Positions 24,788 through 34,424 of a stretch of 64,000 nt of DNA are shown here, piece by piece. Under the pieces are notes generated by a model. The model was not told where the DNA came from. It ran no database searches and saw only the letters and a list, made by a program, of their open reading frames with translations. A program made the position numbers and the translations under genes. The stretch lies in IMG/VR virus record IMGVR_UViG_3300045988_111426; one strand, given 5' to 3'. The stretch is from a virus. Numbering within the stretch: the first letter of the stretch is position 1; the number at the start of each line of letters is the position of its first letter.

Positions 24788-26830
24788 CTAAACAGACTTC
24801 ACTTCACAAGCCCCACCTGCGCAAGCGTATTCGAATTGAGTAGTCTTGATGTCTTCGATATAAACCTTGGAAAGATCGAGATTTGTCGGGAATTTCTCGA
24901 GCATCTGTTCATATTCTTCCTTGGTGATATCTTGGAATGGTGCTTGCTTGTAAGTACCTCCGTCGAAAGGTAGAATCGTAAGACCAGAGTAGGAATTTCG
25001 ATTGTCCCACATCCATTCGATGACCTTATCGATTTCACCATCTTTGACATAGACAGTCGACGAGACGTTGTGCTTGTTTGCTCCAGAGATGTGACCTGGT
25101 GCTATCCAGTTTTCGTTGAATCTCTTGATTCTCTCGAGGAGGTCGAAGGTGGATTCCGTTCTGAAGATGCAATCGTGGTTGGCACGCATTGGAACAGAGA
25201 ACACGGCTTTGTCCTTATCAGAATATTCATCATCGAGGAAATCTGGAGCGTTGATCTTCAGATAAGTGTAAACTGGATCAGACTTCAGAATTCGGATATT
25301 GCGAACGTAGTATTCAGCATGAGCAGAGTGAATCCCACTTCCGAACACACCAGCAACGATCGTTGATGTTCCTTCGGGCTTGATCGTGGTGACTCTTTGT
25401 GCTTCATTTACACCGATCAGTTTTGCTACTCTCTTGTTTTCTTCCACCGCACACAATGCAGCTTCGGTCTCATTGAGAGAAAGAATAGTTCCCGATGCAA
25501 TACCTGTCAAAGATACCCCCAGAAGTGCTTCCTTTTCGGTCTGTTCCTTCCACTTTGGGCGGAGGTAGTGAAAGTTCGTGTAACCTGCTTGGAGAGTTCC
25601 AATGAATGATGCCACTCGTGCACGACGATTGAACTCTTCCTGCGTACGAATATCGTAGGCAACGATCGTTGAAAGATTACAGAACTGACAGTCGTTGAGC
25701 GCAATCTCGCCACATGGGTTCGAGATCATGTCATAGTCATTCGTCCAGAAAAGACCTGGTTCTCCAGACTTGTTCGAATCTGCGATTCTCATCAACTTCT
25801 CGAGTTCTTCACGTGTGGTATCATCACGATGAAGTACTGCAGAGTTGTTACTCATTGCTCTCTGAGGATGCACGTAGTACCAACTTGCAGAGAGATTCTT
25901 GCAGATGTTGTCAAAGTCCCAAGAATTGTCAAAGTCACCGAACTTCTTGCGAACAGTGATAACTCGTGATTCATCACCATAGAAGTCGTCGATGTTCTTC
26001 GGTTCTACCTTGATGTACCAGTTCTTATCATCCTCAGATTCAACAACAGCACTTCGAAGTGGAACATTTGACTTTGCAGTCATAATTGCTTCATCATCCT
26101 TATCGAAGAACATGATCATTGCAGCCATTCTCACCCCACCACTTACTACGGCATCGCCGATGAAGCAAGAAATATCAAGACATTCAAGAGGTGTGAGCTT
26201 TCGACCAACTGCTGTCTTGAAGACCTTGTCGATCTGTTCGATTGACTTCTTGAGTCTTTCATGACCTGGTGCATAGCAGTTCAACTTCTTGATGATTGAT
26301 CCCTTTGGGCGGATGTCACGATAGTCGAACTCTGGGTAAGGATTCCCACGAAGATAAGAGTAACAGAGCATACGAACGGCATCTGCCCAACCTTCGATAG
26401 AATCTGAGATGAGGAAACGCTTCTTCTTGGTTGGTTTCTTGACTTCTGGGAGATTGTCGATGTGTCGCTTTTGGATAGAAACACCGATTCCTGTCCCACT
26501 CAAGAGAATGTGCATGATCTCTGAGAAGCACTTTGTATCATTAAGAAGAAGTGCAGAACAGTTGTATATTCGTGTTGGATTATACGAGATTGGGAGACCA
26601 CCGAACTGGATCGATCTCATTGATGGGAACACCTTCTTTGAGTACACCATCTTCATGTTCTCACGGATCTCTCCCTCAAGATGAGGATAGTCATTGATGA
26701 ACATCTTCTCCAGTTCTGCCACACATTCTTCCCAAGTCTGCTTTCTATGTTCCTCTGGGACAATGTTCGCATACTTCGAATGCACGACGAGATCACTCAA
26801 GAACTCGTTAGCGATTTCTGATTTTGACAT
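24788..26830 (-). CDS. nrdJ: class II (cobalamin-dependent) ribonucleotide reductase
   Basis: Active-site 'NPCGEIALNDCQFCNLST' and C-terminal redox tail 'YACAGGACEVKSV'. 680 aa. Confidence 0.75.
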   Translation of the reverse strand: MSKSEIANEFLSDLVVHSKYANIVPEEHRKQTWEECVAELEKMFINDYPHLEGEIRENMKMVYSKKVFPSMRSIQFGGLPISYNPTRIYNCSALLLNDTKCFSEIMHILLSGTGIGVSIQKRHIDNLPEVKKPTKKKRFLISDSIEGWADAVRMLCYSYLRGNPYPEFDYRDIRPKGSIIKKLNCYAPGHERLKKSIEQIDKVFKTAVGRKLTPLECLDISCFIGDAVVSGGVRMAAMIMFFDKDDEAIMTAKSNVPLRSAVVESEDDKNWYIKVEPKNIDDFYGDESRVITVRKKFGDFDNSWDFDNICKNLSASWYYVHPQRAMSNNSAVLHRDDTTREELEKLMRIADSNKSGEPGLFWTNDYDMISNPCGEIALNDCQFCNLSTIVAYDIRTQEEFNRRARVASFIGTLQAGYTNFHYLRPKWKEQTEKEALLGVSLTGIASGTILSLNETEAALCAVEENKRVAKLIGVNEAQRVTTIKPEGTSTIVAGVFGSGIHSAHAEYYVRNIRILKSDPVYTYLKINAPDFLDDEYSDKDKAVFSVPMRANHDCIFRTESTFDLLERIKRFNENWIAPGHISGANKHNVSSTVYVKDGEIDKVIEWMWDNRNSYSGLTILPFDGGTYKQAPFQDITKEEYEQMLEKFPTNLDLSKVYIEDIKTTQFEYACAGGACEVKSV

Positions 26831-26850
26831 ACGGTTTAGTTTTGTATTAA

Positions 26851-27579
26851 TTATTGATGATGATGAGATTCTTCAAGCTTTGGGATTAATGACCAATAGT
26901 TGAACTTCTTATGTTTTGTGGATTTGTGCTTCTTGAAGATGAAGAAAGTCGATGTGAACTTTCGAGCGTGCAACTGCTTGGTCATAAATGGTGAGATCAT
27001 TCTCGACTTTGCACCAAGAACGAAGGTGTCTTCGGTGACAAACCCTGCTCTCTCGGCACACATGAACGAGAAAAACTCAGTATTGTGGTTGATACCGCCA
27101 TAAATCGTGTTCTGTGTCTTGAAGAGAAGCGTACCACCGACCTTCAGCACACGATAAGCTTCATTGATCCAGAACCAGTACGTTTCATACATGTCGTCTG
27201 GAGTGTGAAAACCTTGGAATCTGTTGAACATCTTCGATCCAGTTTCATCAGTCACCGACGTGTCTGGCTTTGTTGGTCTGACGATAAACGGCAGATCGAT
27301 CATCATTGATTCGATCGAGAGATCATCAATGGGAAGTGGCTTTAAGGGTTCTATATTCTGGACATCTTCCGAAAGTGGAAAAACATCAAACTTTAGTCGA
27401 GGTTGTTCAATGACAATCTCACGAGTTTCTCCATCTGTTTCCTTCACTTTGAACTTTCCATAGAAAGCACCTTTGGAATAAGTGATGTCGCAATCGATAG
27501 GCTTTCCGTCGAGATACAACTTCTGGATGTTGTCCAGTATCTCGTGTTGGTTATAACCGAGGTTTTTGATAATGTCCAT
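26851..27579 (-). CDS. putative SAM-dependent DNA methyltransferase
   Basis: 'MMIDLPF' (DPPY-like motif IV) and 'AYRVLKVGGTLLFK'. No clear FxGxG motif seen. His-rich tail. Confidence 0.45.
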   Translation of the reverse strand: MDIIKNLGYNQHEILDNIQKLYLDGKPIDCDITYSKGAFYGKFKVKETDGETREIVIEQPRLKFDVFPLSEDVQNIEPLKPLPIDDLSIESMMIDLPFIVRPTKPDTSVTDETGSKMFNRFQGFHTPDDMYETYWFWINEAYRVLKVGGTLLFKTQNTIYGGINHNTEFFSFMCAERAGFVTEDTFVLGAKSRMISPFMTKQLHARKFTSTFFIFKKHKSTKHKKFNYWSLIPKLEESHHHQ

Positions 27580-27713
27580 TTTTGAATTGATTGTTGTCTG
27601 TCGAATGTTAACTATTGATTATTGGTTGTTGGTTTGTCTTACGATCGACCTGCCATATTTCCTATCATACGGAAATGGAGAGTGGTTCATAGGCATTTAT
27701 GATTTTCAGAGAC

Positions 27714-27787
27714 GTATTTCCCTTGATCTCGAAACCATCTTCGAAGGCTTTCATACCTCCAGTGGATTCAGAAATCAAGGGAAATAC
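27714..27787 (-). repeat. 14-bp inverted repeat, variant of the TTTCCTTG family
   Basis: gtatttcccttgat / atcaagggaaatac with a 46-nt loop, in the 27580-27814 spacer. Confidence 0.45.
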
Positions 27788-27814
27788 CAAGGAGAGCCAA
27801 GGAGAGTATCTTCC

Positions 27815-28027
27815 TTAGTACACGAGTTTCTTATCCTTCATTGATCTTACGATTCTGACTGGGATAAAGCACTCTACTTTATCATTTCTGAAGACACCAC
27901 AGAGTTCACCACTTGAACTCTGTGTTTTCCCGACATACGTGAAAACACAACCATTGTACGAGATTTGGTCATTCGGTGATAACAAGCCATCACTCGTCAC
28001 GATATAACCGCTGTACTTCTTGTCCAT
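27815..28027 (-). CDS. hypothetical small protein
   Basis: 70-aa ORF in the nucleotide-metabolism operon. Confidence 0.4.
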   Translation of the reverse strand: MDKKYSGYIVTSDGLLSPNDQISYNGCVFTYVGKTQSSSGELCGVFRNDKVECFIPVRIVRSMKDKKLVY

Positions 28028-28040
28028 ATTTGTTCGGTTT

Positions 28041-28910
28041 TTATGGAGCGTACATCAGAGGATGACGAGAATAGAAGTTGACATCTGCTATAATATCACC
28101 ACGTTTCAGAGAAAGGGACTTCTTTCCGATTAGTGTCATATAAACGATGAAATCATCATCAACAATGTCCCACCCTGCAATCATCAGTCCATTGTTCATA
28201 AACATAGACGGAACGACATCTACACTTACAAGCGTTCCCAAAGGTAACTCATAAACACGAAGATCAGTCCTTACAGCGATTCTATCATTCGCCACTATCT
28301 TCACTGTATCATCTCCAAGAATCGCAGGTGGATTTTTACCGACGTATTCAAGAACATCAACGAATCTGGCCACCAAGAGTTCTTCACTTTTGCGGTTCAT
28401 GACCACCACATCTCCCAAACGATCATAGACTTCGTGAACAATCGGTTGATAGTTCTTCTCATAGAAACCGATCTGATTTCGATGAACGAGTGTGAAAGCC
28501 GTCAAGAGATCATAAGGGAAGACTGTGTCGTATTCGTGACAGTCATCTGGGACTTTCGTGAGGTGGATTTGCGACACGTATCTTCTGAAGAGATTCCACA
28601 TTTCTGCACCACCAATCACGAACACATCCTTCTGACGATTTTCGGAAGATTCACAGAAAGCTTTGAGCATTTCCATCGATTTGAAAACGTGAACACCTTC
28701 GATAGAAATGTCGTCTCGTGATAGGACAATGTTTAGTCTTCCTTCAAGTGGCTTTCCGATCTCTTCATATGTCTTCCTGCCCATGATGACAATGTTTCCC
28801 ATCGTCATTTCACGGAACAGATTCATATCTTCTCGGATTCTGAACAGAAGTTTGCCGTCGTTTCCAACAGCGAAGTTCTTATCAACACTGGCTATGAACT
28901 TTACTTTCAT
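28041..28910 (-). CDS. dihydrofolate reductase fused to a dUTPase-like beta-barrel domain
   Basis: The N-terminal half carries 'GNDGKLLFRIREDMNLFREMTMGNIVIMGRKTYEEIGKPLEGRLNIVLSR' and 'VFVIGGAEMW' (DHFR). The C-terminal half carries 'AVRTDLRVYELPLGT..VVPSMFMNNGLMIAGWDIVDDDFIVYMTLIGKKSLSLKRGDIIADVNF' (dUTPase motifs 1-4 pattern, no motif 5). Confidence 0.7.
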   Translation of the reverse strand: MKVKFIASVDKNFAVGNDGKLLFRIREDMNLFREMTMGNIVIMGRKTYEEIGKPLEGRLNIVLSRDDISIEGVHVFKSMEMLKAFCESSENRQKDVFVIGGAEMWNLFRRYVSQIHLTKVPDDCHEYDTVFPYDLLTAFTLVHRNQIGFYEKNYQPIVHEVYDRLGDVVVMNRKSEELLVARFVDVLEYVGKNPPAILGDDTVKIVANDRIAVRTDLRVYELPLGTLVSVDVVPSMFMNNGLMIAGWDIVDDDFIVYMTLIGKKSLSLKRGDIIADVNFYSRHPLMYAP

Positions 28911-28926
28911 GATGATTTATTCTTCA

Positions 28927-29982
28927 TTAAAAGCCATCACAGCAACATTCCGACATGTCACCACCATCGTTGCCAATACAACGTTCGTCTTTTAGTGATC
29001 GACGACGATCTTCTTTGCTTTCGTAGTTGTCCCAACCATCGACTTTTTCACATGGGAATTCCTTATGTGCCACTTTCAAGAACTCGTGTTCACCTCTAAT
29101 AGCCAACACAGCAATCGTCTGATCTTTGTGTATAGTGACAGGTTTCGATCCCATGTTTACAAGACCAACACAGACAACACCATCAGTAATACTCGATGAT
29201 TCCACCGAGATTCCGTTATAGACAAAGTAGTGTAAGATTGTCTTGATATCGACATAAACGTTCTTGGGGATTCTGTAAATCTCGATATCGGTCTTCATGA
29301 AAACTCTGTCACCTTTGTGTAAAACTATGGAATCCCGATGATCAGACTTTCTTCTTACAGTTTCACCAAAGCCGTTGACGTGAACTCTTGGTTCTCGTGC
29401 ACAAACACCATAACAACCAAAACCATCGACACTTGCTGTACACATGAAGACGTTGTCTTTGAACTCGTAATCGGTGACTTTCACGAAGTCATTGAGATGG
29501 TGTTCCCAGACAACGTTCGAAGACCGACGAATATCGAGGATCATCTTCTGAGGGATGTCGGAGAGTTCGTATCTATCGTGAGATTCTGATCCACTCACTT
29601 CCACCATCTTGATTCTGTCGACATGACCTACAAAGCTTCTTGCGATGTGGATGTTGTCGACCATTACGTAAACATCACGATATATGTCAAACTTCGTACC
29701 GAGCATGTCGATGAAATCTCGTATAGATTCTGCACGAACAAACCCTTCACGATTGAAGTTCTTGTTCTGGGTGATGACAACATTTATGCGGTTTGGAAGC
29801 GGTGATATGAGAGTGGAACATGTGTCCTCATCAAAGACTATGATGTTTCCAGTGGTGATCTTTCCGATATAGTCTCGAAGATCCGTGTTGGAGGGTGAAG
29901 ATAGCAGTTTCTGGGCGTTGATTGTCCTCGCTTTGTCGTTGACAAATAGGATCATTTCGATTTCGGTCTTGTTCTTCTTCAT
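28927..29982 (-). CDS. degenerate DHFR-like::dUTPase-like fusion paralogue with Cys-rich tail
   Basis: 'GNIIVFDEDT..PNRINVVITQ' (decayed DHFR pattern), then 'GDRVFMKTDIEIYRIP...SSSITDGVVCVGLVNMGSKPVTIHKDQTIAVLAI'. Tail 'MSECCCDGF'. Confidence 0.5.
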   Translation of the reverse strand: MKKNKTEIEMILFVNDKARTINAQKLLSSPSNTDLRDYIGKITTGNIIVFDEDTCSTLISPLPNRINVVITQNKNFNREGFVRAESIRDFIDMLGTKFDIYRDVYVMVDNIHIARSFVGHVDRIKMVEVSGSESHDRYELSDIPQKMILDIRRSSNVVWEHHLNDFVKVTDYEFKDNVFMCTASVDGFGCYGVCAREPRVHVNGFGETVRRKSDHRDSIVLHKGDRVFMKTDIEIYRIPKNVYVDIKTILHYFVYNGISVESSSITDGVVCVGLVNMGSKPVTIHKDQTIAVLAIRGEHEFLKVAHKEFPCEKVDGWDNYESKEDRRRSLKDERCIGNDGGDMSECCCDGF

Positions 29983-30010
29983 CTTTGTTTGTGGTTGATT
30001 ATGATTGCGA

Positions 30011-30976
30011 TTATGAGTGTTTGATCAGTTTAGTTCCCCATTTGCTGGTTTCCATATTCTCTGAGAAGTCGTTATTACAACCTATGAGTTTGTAGTCTCC
30101 GATTATGTGAACATTACCAACCACTTTCTTATAGTCCAAAACTACACGATGTGGTGAATTGTTGACAAAAGAAAGGATAATGTCACCATCGGAGATTTTG
30201 CACGACTGCATAACAAAACCGAGAGCACGGAAACGAGTATTTTCCACAACACGGATATCAGTTTCGGACGGTATTCTGTACATCTTGAAATCTGTGACGA
30301 TCGAAAACGTGTCACCTCCTTCGATGATTGTCGACAGTCCATTCGAAAGTATTCTGTTTACAGGTTCACCTTCGGAATTCACATGTGAAAGAACGTCCCA
30401 ACAGTAAAGTTCACAACCTTTGTCTTTGGAGACATAACTGTTGCAAATGACAACATTGTCTGCGAATTCACGTTCTTGATGGATTATTCCGTTGGGGAAT
30501 TCTGAGTAGTTTGTCATCTTACACACTTTGTGGACATCTTCCAAGAGTGGTCTCGTCATTTCCTCGTTCCATTTCTCATCAGTGACGAGGAAGTGGATTT
30601 TGGAAACGTATTGAACAAGCGATGACCATGCGTCATATCCACCAATCACGAAGACCTTTTCATTTCTCCCACGAAGGAAATCACAAAGATGTTTGTATGA
30701 ACAGATGAACTTTGTATCTTCGGTGTCTTCATGTTCATAATCAAAGAGAACGATTGACGGAACTCTAAAGTTTGATCTTTCCATCATTTCGTAGTACTCT
30801 CCGTCCATCACGATTATTGCGCCTTCACGAGTGTCATTTATCAACTTTCTCAGTGATTCTCTATACTTCTCATCTGTGAACGGATTCGTATAATCGTTGA
30901 CACTCAAGGACTTATCGACATATGCGACGAATTCCACCTTCAGTTTTTTCCATATTGCTCCGAATTTTTTCTGCAA
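30011..30976 (-). CDS. degenerate DHFR-like::dUTPase-like fusion paralogue
   Basis: 'KVEFVAYVDKSLSV', 'VFVIGGYDAWSSL', then 'GDTFSIVTDFKMYRIP...CKISDGDIILSFVNNSPHRVVLDYKKVVGNVHI'. The track start at 30976 is TTG. Confidence 0.5.
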   Translation of the reverse strand: MQKKFGAIWKKLKVEFVAYVDKSLSVNDYTNPFTDEKYRESLRKLINDTREGAIIVMDGEYYEMMERSNFRVPSIVLFDYEHEDTEDTKFICSYKHLCDFLRGRNEKVFVIGGYDAWSSLVQYVSKIHFLVTDEKWNEEMTRPLLEDVHKVCKMTNYSEFPNGIIHQEREFADNVVICNSYVSKDKGCELYCWDVLSHVNSEGEPVNRILSNGLSTIIEGGDTFSIVTDFKMYRIPSETDIRVVENTRFRALGFVMQSCKISDGDIILSFVNNSPHRVVLDYKKVVGNVHIIGDYKLIGCNNDFSENMETSKWGTKLIKHS

Positions 30977-31011
30977 TGTTCTGAGTTTTTCTGCATAGCT
31001 TGCTTGAGTTT

Positions 31012-31797
31012 TTAAACACTCACATCCGCCTTGATCGTAGGATGATGAACGTAGTTCTTGATTACGATTTGATCGATGAGATTTGCGGAGATATTGTCAA
31101 TGTCGATATCTCCCACGATTTCTATCTCTGGGAGTTCGTATGGTTTTCGGGATAGTTGGAGCTTTACTTGATCCAAGTGATTCTTGTAGATGTGAAGATC
31201 TCCAAACGAATGGATAAATCGATGAGGTTTCTTGTCACAGATCTTTGCAACAATGTAAAGCAGAAGTGAGTATTGAGCAAGATTGAATGGAACACCCAAG
31301 AAGAGATCGGCAGATCTTTGATAAAGCTTTAATGAAAGCCTGTCACCTTCGACATAGAACTGGAAGAAACAATGACAAGGAGGAAGTGCCATTTCCGAGA
31401 GTTCTTGAGGATTCCAAGCCGAGACGATTATTCTTCGTGAATCTGGATTGTTCCGAATTTGGTCGATTGCTTCTCGAATCTGATCAACCCCTCCGAAATC
31501 TCTCCATTGCTTTCCATAGATCTTTCCAAGGTCTCCGTTTTCATCTGCCCATTCATCCCAGATCGTCACACCATTGTCTCGGAGGAACTTCACGTTTGTA
31601 TCACCACGGAGCATCCAAGCAAGTTCGAATATGACACTTCTCATATGGATTCTCTTCGTGGTGAGGATTGGGAATTTTTCACTTACGTCATATTCCACTT
31701 GATGACCAAACACAGAGATTGTTCCAGTTCCAGTTCTGTCCGTTCTTTCTGTCCCGTTTTCGAGAACGTACTTGAGCAAATCGAGATAAGTCTGCAT
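31012..31797 (-). CDS. thyA: thymidylate synthase
   Basis: 'DRTGTGT', '[14 protein letters not shown]', '[19 protein letters not shown]' (Asn retained), and canonical C-terminus '[11 protein letters not shown]'. Confidence 0.9.
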   Translation of the reverse strand: MQTYLDLLKYVLENGTERTDRTGTGTISVFGHQVEYDVSEKFPILTTKRIHMRSVIFELAWMLRGDTNVKFLRDNGVTIWDEWADENGDLGKIYGKQWRDFGGVDQIREAIDQIRNNPDSRRIIVSAWNPQELSEMALPPCHCFFQFYVEGDRLSLKLYQRSADLFLGVPFNLAQYSLLLYIVAKICDKKPHRFIHSFGDLHIYKNHLDQVKLQLSRKPYELPEIEIVGDIDIDNISANLIDQIVIKNYVHHPTIKADVSV

Positions 31798-31843
31798 TGT
31801 CTTTGATTGTTATTGATGTTGATGATGATTGTTCGTATACGTT

Positions 31844-31879
31844 AAGACCTCACCTTTCTTATATCAAAGGTGAGGTCTT
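31844..31879 (-). terminator. perfect 14-bp hairpin
   Basis: aagacctcaccttt / aaaggtgaggtctt with an 8-nt loop. Confidence 0.6.
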
Positions 31880-31907
31880 GGGCACAAACTAAAATAAAGA
31901 ATAGCAA

Positions 31908-33311
31908 CTATCTACTTCTCTTTTTCTTATAGTCTTCGATGAGCTTTGTCACGTAGGATTCAGCGTCGAATTCTCCCGAAAGCATTGATAGAATCTGAGG
32001 TGAATAACCACTGACGAAGACGTTTCCATCTTTGCTAACAGTTGGTAGTGTGACATTGTCCACTGAGAGATTCCACCAGATCATCTTCACACCCTTCTGA
32101 TTGAGAGTATCAAGATGCGTCGCATTTCTATCATAGGAATCGTCGAACTGCATATCACTAAGAACAAGGACATATTCGGGCAGATCTTCCGTTATGTTGT
32201 TCAGATTTCGAAGAACTGCTTCGAAATTCGTGCAAGTACAGTCACCGAACGATTCGAGGATCGCCATATCACGAACATAGGAGAAATCCTCATCTTTTGT
32301 CAATTTCATGATCCGAGAATCGTCCGAGAAGACGATGAAGTGATTACGGAGATAATCAGAATGGTGTGAAACATAGTGACCAATTGAACGTGCCTTACCA
32401 ATTGAATCGAATCTGTCGAACATTGATCCAGAGCCGTCAATGATTGGGATGATCTTCCCAAAGTTCATAGATCCCAGAGCCTTGAAAGCTTCTGTATAGA
32501 ACGTGTCATGTTCCATCCCCTTCTCACTGGGATTTATCTTTCCGTCATATGCCGTGTAACGATAATCAAAGCCATTGAATGCAGTGTTTCGATATGACCT
32601 TAGTAAGTCGTATGGCGTGGAAACGGACTGATTCATCTTGGTTTTCCCAGATTTTAGTTCCTCGAGATACTTCTTGAAGTTTTCATCCTTGAAGAATTCC
32701 TTCTTATGTCGAAGCATAGAAAGTGAAGGAACATGTGAGTAATCATCTGGGAATTCTCCACGTGATCTCACAGATTCGACAGTCATAGGGGATGCGCACC
32801 ATCCACGATAGATTGTCTTCGAAATCTTCTGTCTTCGAAGTTCGTTTCTGATGATCTTGAACTTCTTGGATCTCTCACGAGGAAGCCACTTTTTCAGAAG
32901 TTCGTAATTACCACGGATAGAATCGTTGTCCATGGCTTCCTTGATGTACCCCACGACCTCCTTGGGGGTGTGAGTGTACAAGATATCATCAGCACGACCA
33001 ACCTCGATCACATCATCGATCGAAATGTTCTGAATTTTCAAGAGAACACGACCGATTTCTCTTTCACCAATCCCCATACGAGGATCTCTGATATACATTG
33101 AGAAGAAGCGGTTGAACTCACTCTTTTCAAGGAACTCGGGATAATCGACAATGATCAGTTTCTCTACTTCTGCAAGTCCCTTGTACTTTGCGATTTCACG
33201 GATCTTTTGAAGTCTGAACAAGAAATCGACATAAGGATTTCCGATGTATCTCTTATAGGCTCTGTCACCATTCGTCGTTCTCGTCTCGTTGAATGCATCG
33301 AAGATGTTCAT
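31908..33311 (-). CDS. DUF2828-like protein with vWA (MIDAS) domain
   Basis: 'TTNGDRAY..GNPYVDFLF' (as in DUF2828 'TENG...SGNPCLDFFF', recalled), MIDAS 'IIDGSGSM', and 'VLVLSDMQFDD'. Start trimmed to the ATG at 33311. Confidence 0.55.
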   Translation of the reverse strand: MNIFDAFNETRTTNGDRAYKRYIGNPYVDFLFRLQKIREIAKYKGLAEVEKLIIVDYPEFLEKSEFNRFFSMYIRDPRMGIGEREIGRVLLKIQNISIDDVIEVGRADDILYTHTPKEVVGYIKEAMDNDSIRGNYELLKKWLPRERSKKFKIIRNELRRQKISKTIYRGWCASPMTVESVRSRGEFPDDYSHVPSLSMLRHKKEFFKDENFKKYLEELKSGKTKMNQSVSTPYDLLRSYRNTAFNGFDYRYTAYDGKINPSEKGMEHDTFYTEAFKALGSMNFGKIIPIIDGSGSMFDRFDSIGKARSIGHYVSHHSDYLRNHFIVFSDDSRIMKLTKDEDFSYVRDMAILESFGDCTCTNFEAVLRNLNNITEDLPEYVLVLSDMQFDDSYDRNATHLDTLNQKGVKMIWWNLSVDNVTLPTVSKDGNVFVSGYSPQILSMLSGEFDAESYVTKLIEDYKKKRSR

Positions 33312-33385
33312 AATCGTTTGATTGAGATTGATCTTTATTTGTTGTTTGTGATTGTTTGTGATTGATTGCTTAGCGATTAATGTTT

Positions 33386-33416
33386 CGGTCATCTTATCTT
33401 TACGACAAGATGACCG
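33386..33416 (-). terminator. 10-bp hairpin inside the discarded N-terminal ORF extension
   Basis: cggtcatctt / aagatgaccg. Confidence 0.4.
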
Positions 33417-33442
33417 TTTCTTCTTTTGTTTTCCCTTCTTCT

Positions 33443-33775
33443 TTAAGCTATGATCTGATCTTCCAAGGTGTCAATGAGTTGTAGCATTTCCCTGTAATGA
33501 TCGATGTTTTTAAGGTTCATTGGATCTTCTTCTACAATTTCCAAAAGATCTCCGAATCTGTCATCAATCGCAATGTCGACGTTTTCACCGTCTTCCATGT
33601 CGTTGTAGATGTAAGTTGGCAGTTCCTTTAGTCTGTTATAGATTTCGATTATCAGTTCGAATTCCTCATCGGTCTTCTTCTTTGAGAAGTAAGACATTGG
33701 AATCTTGTTTTGGATCTTGAACATTCTCTTGACGTAATCTTTCACAGAGAAGTAGTCATCCAGCAGTGTAGTCAT
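33443..33775 (-). CDS. hypothetical acidic protein
   Basis: 110-aa ORF. Confidence 0.5.
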   Translation of the reverse strand: MTTLLDDYFSVKDYVKRMFKIQNKIPMSYFSKKKTDEEFELIIEIYNRLKELPTYIYNDMEDGENVDIAIDDRFGDLLEIVEEDPMNLKNIDHYREMLQLIDTLEDQIIA

Positions 33776-33789
33776 ATTTTCACCGAGTT

Positions 33790-34413
33790 CTAAATTAAAA
33801 AATCCTTGCTTGAAAGAATAGTTGAAGTCGACACCTCAACCTCCTCTTTTATATTCCCATCGACAAGCATGTTTTTGATGCAAGCATAGTCAAGTTCAAT
33901 GACAATGTTTCTACCTTCGGAGACCATTTCCACATTCTTCCCATAGTGATAATGGAGCTTGGATGATGAACAACTGTCTGTTTCGTCCTTGTATTCCACC
34001 AAGAGGTAATGTTTTGAAGGAATGGCTTTGAGAATGACTGATTCTTGGAATTTCCAATAAGAATCGTCTATGATGTCCGTCTTCTTAATCATTTCAAGAG
34101 AAATGATCTCATCGATTATCATTTTTTCAAACACTTCCTCCGAAATGTCTACTCTGTCGAGGATCTTCTGTGATCTGAAGATGTCACGATTTTTATCATC
34201 GTAGACCACTCTTCCAAGTGTCCTTGAGAAGACGAAGTTCCCATCAAGATAATCTTCTAAAAGCAGACAGAACTTGCCGTCCAGAGAGTACCTTTTCTCG
34301 TTGAACTTTTTACCATCAAAGACAACAACGTAGTACTGACCATCTTTCAAAACAGCATAGGTTCTTATGGTCTTGTTATCGTGTCTAAGTTTTATAAGTA
34401 CTAGTTTGGGCAT
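33790..34413 (-). CDS. hypothetical protein, paralogue A
   Basis: 207 aa. 'ISEEVFEKMIIDEIISLEMIKKTDIIDDSYWKFQESVIL' aligns with the neighbouring gene. Confidence 0.55.
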   Translation of the reverse strand: MPKLVLIKLRHDNKTIRTYAVLKDGQYYVVVFDGKKFNEKRYSLDGKFCLLLEDYLDGNFVFSRTLGRVVYDDKNRDIFRSQKILDRVDISEEVFEKMIIDEIISLEMIKKTDIIDDSYWKFQESVILKAIPSKHYLLVEYKDETDSCSSSKLHYHYGKNVEMVSEGRNIVIELDYACIKNMLVDGNIKEEVEVSTSTILSSKDFLI

Positions 34414-34424
34414 GGTCGATTCGG

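Noticed and set aside
31012-31797. ThyA homologue as a dUMP/dCMP hydroxymethylase (hypermodified pyrimidine pathway).
   Set aside because: It retains the ThyA-specific Asn in 'PFNLAQY', the PCH catalytic Cys context, and the canonical C-terminal '[11 protein letters not shown]' needed for hydride transfer. It therefore looks like an ordinary thymidylate synthase.
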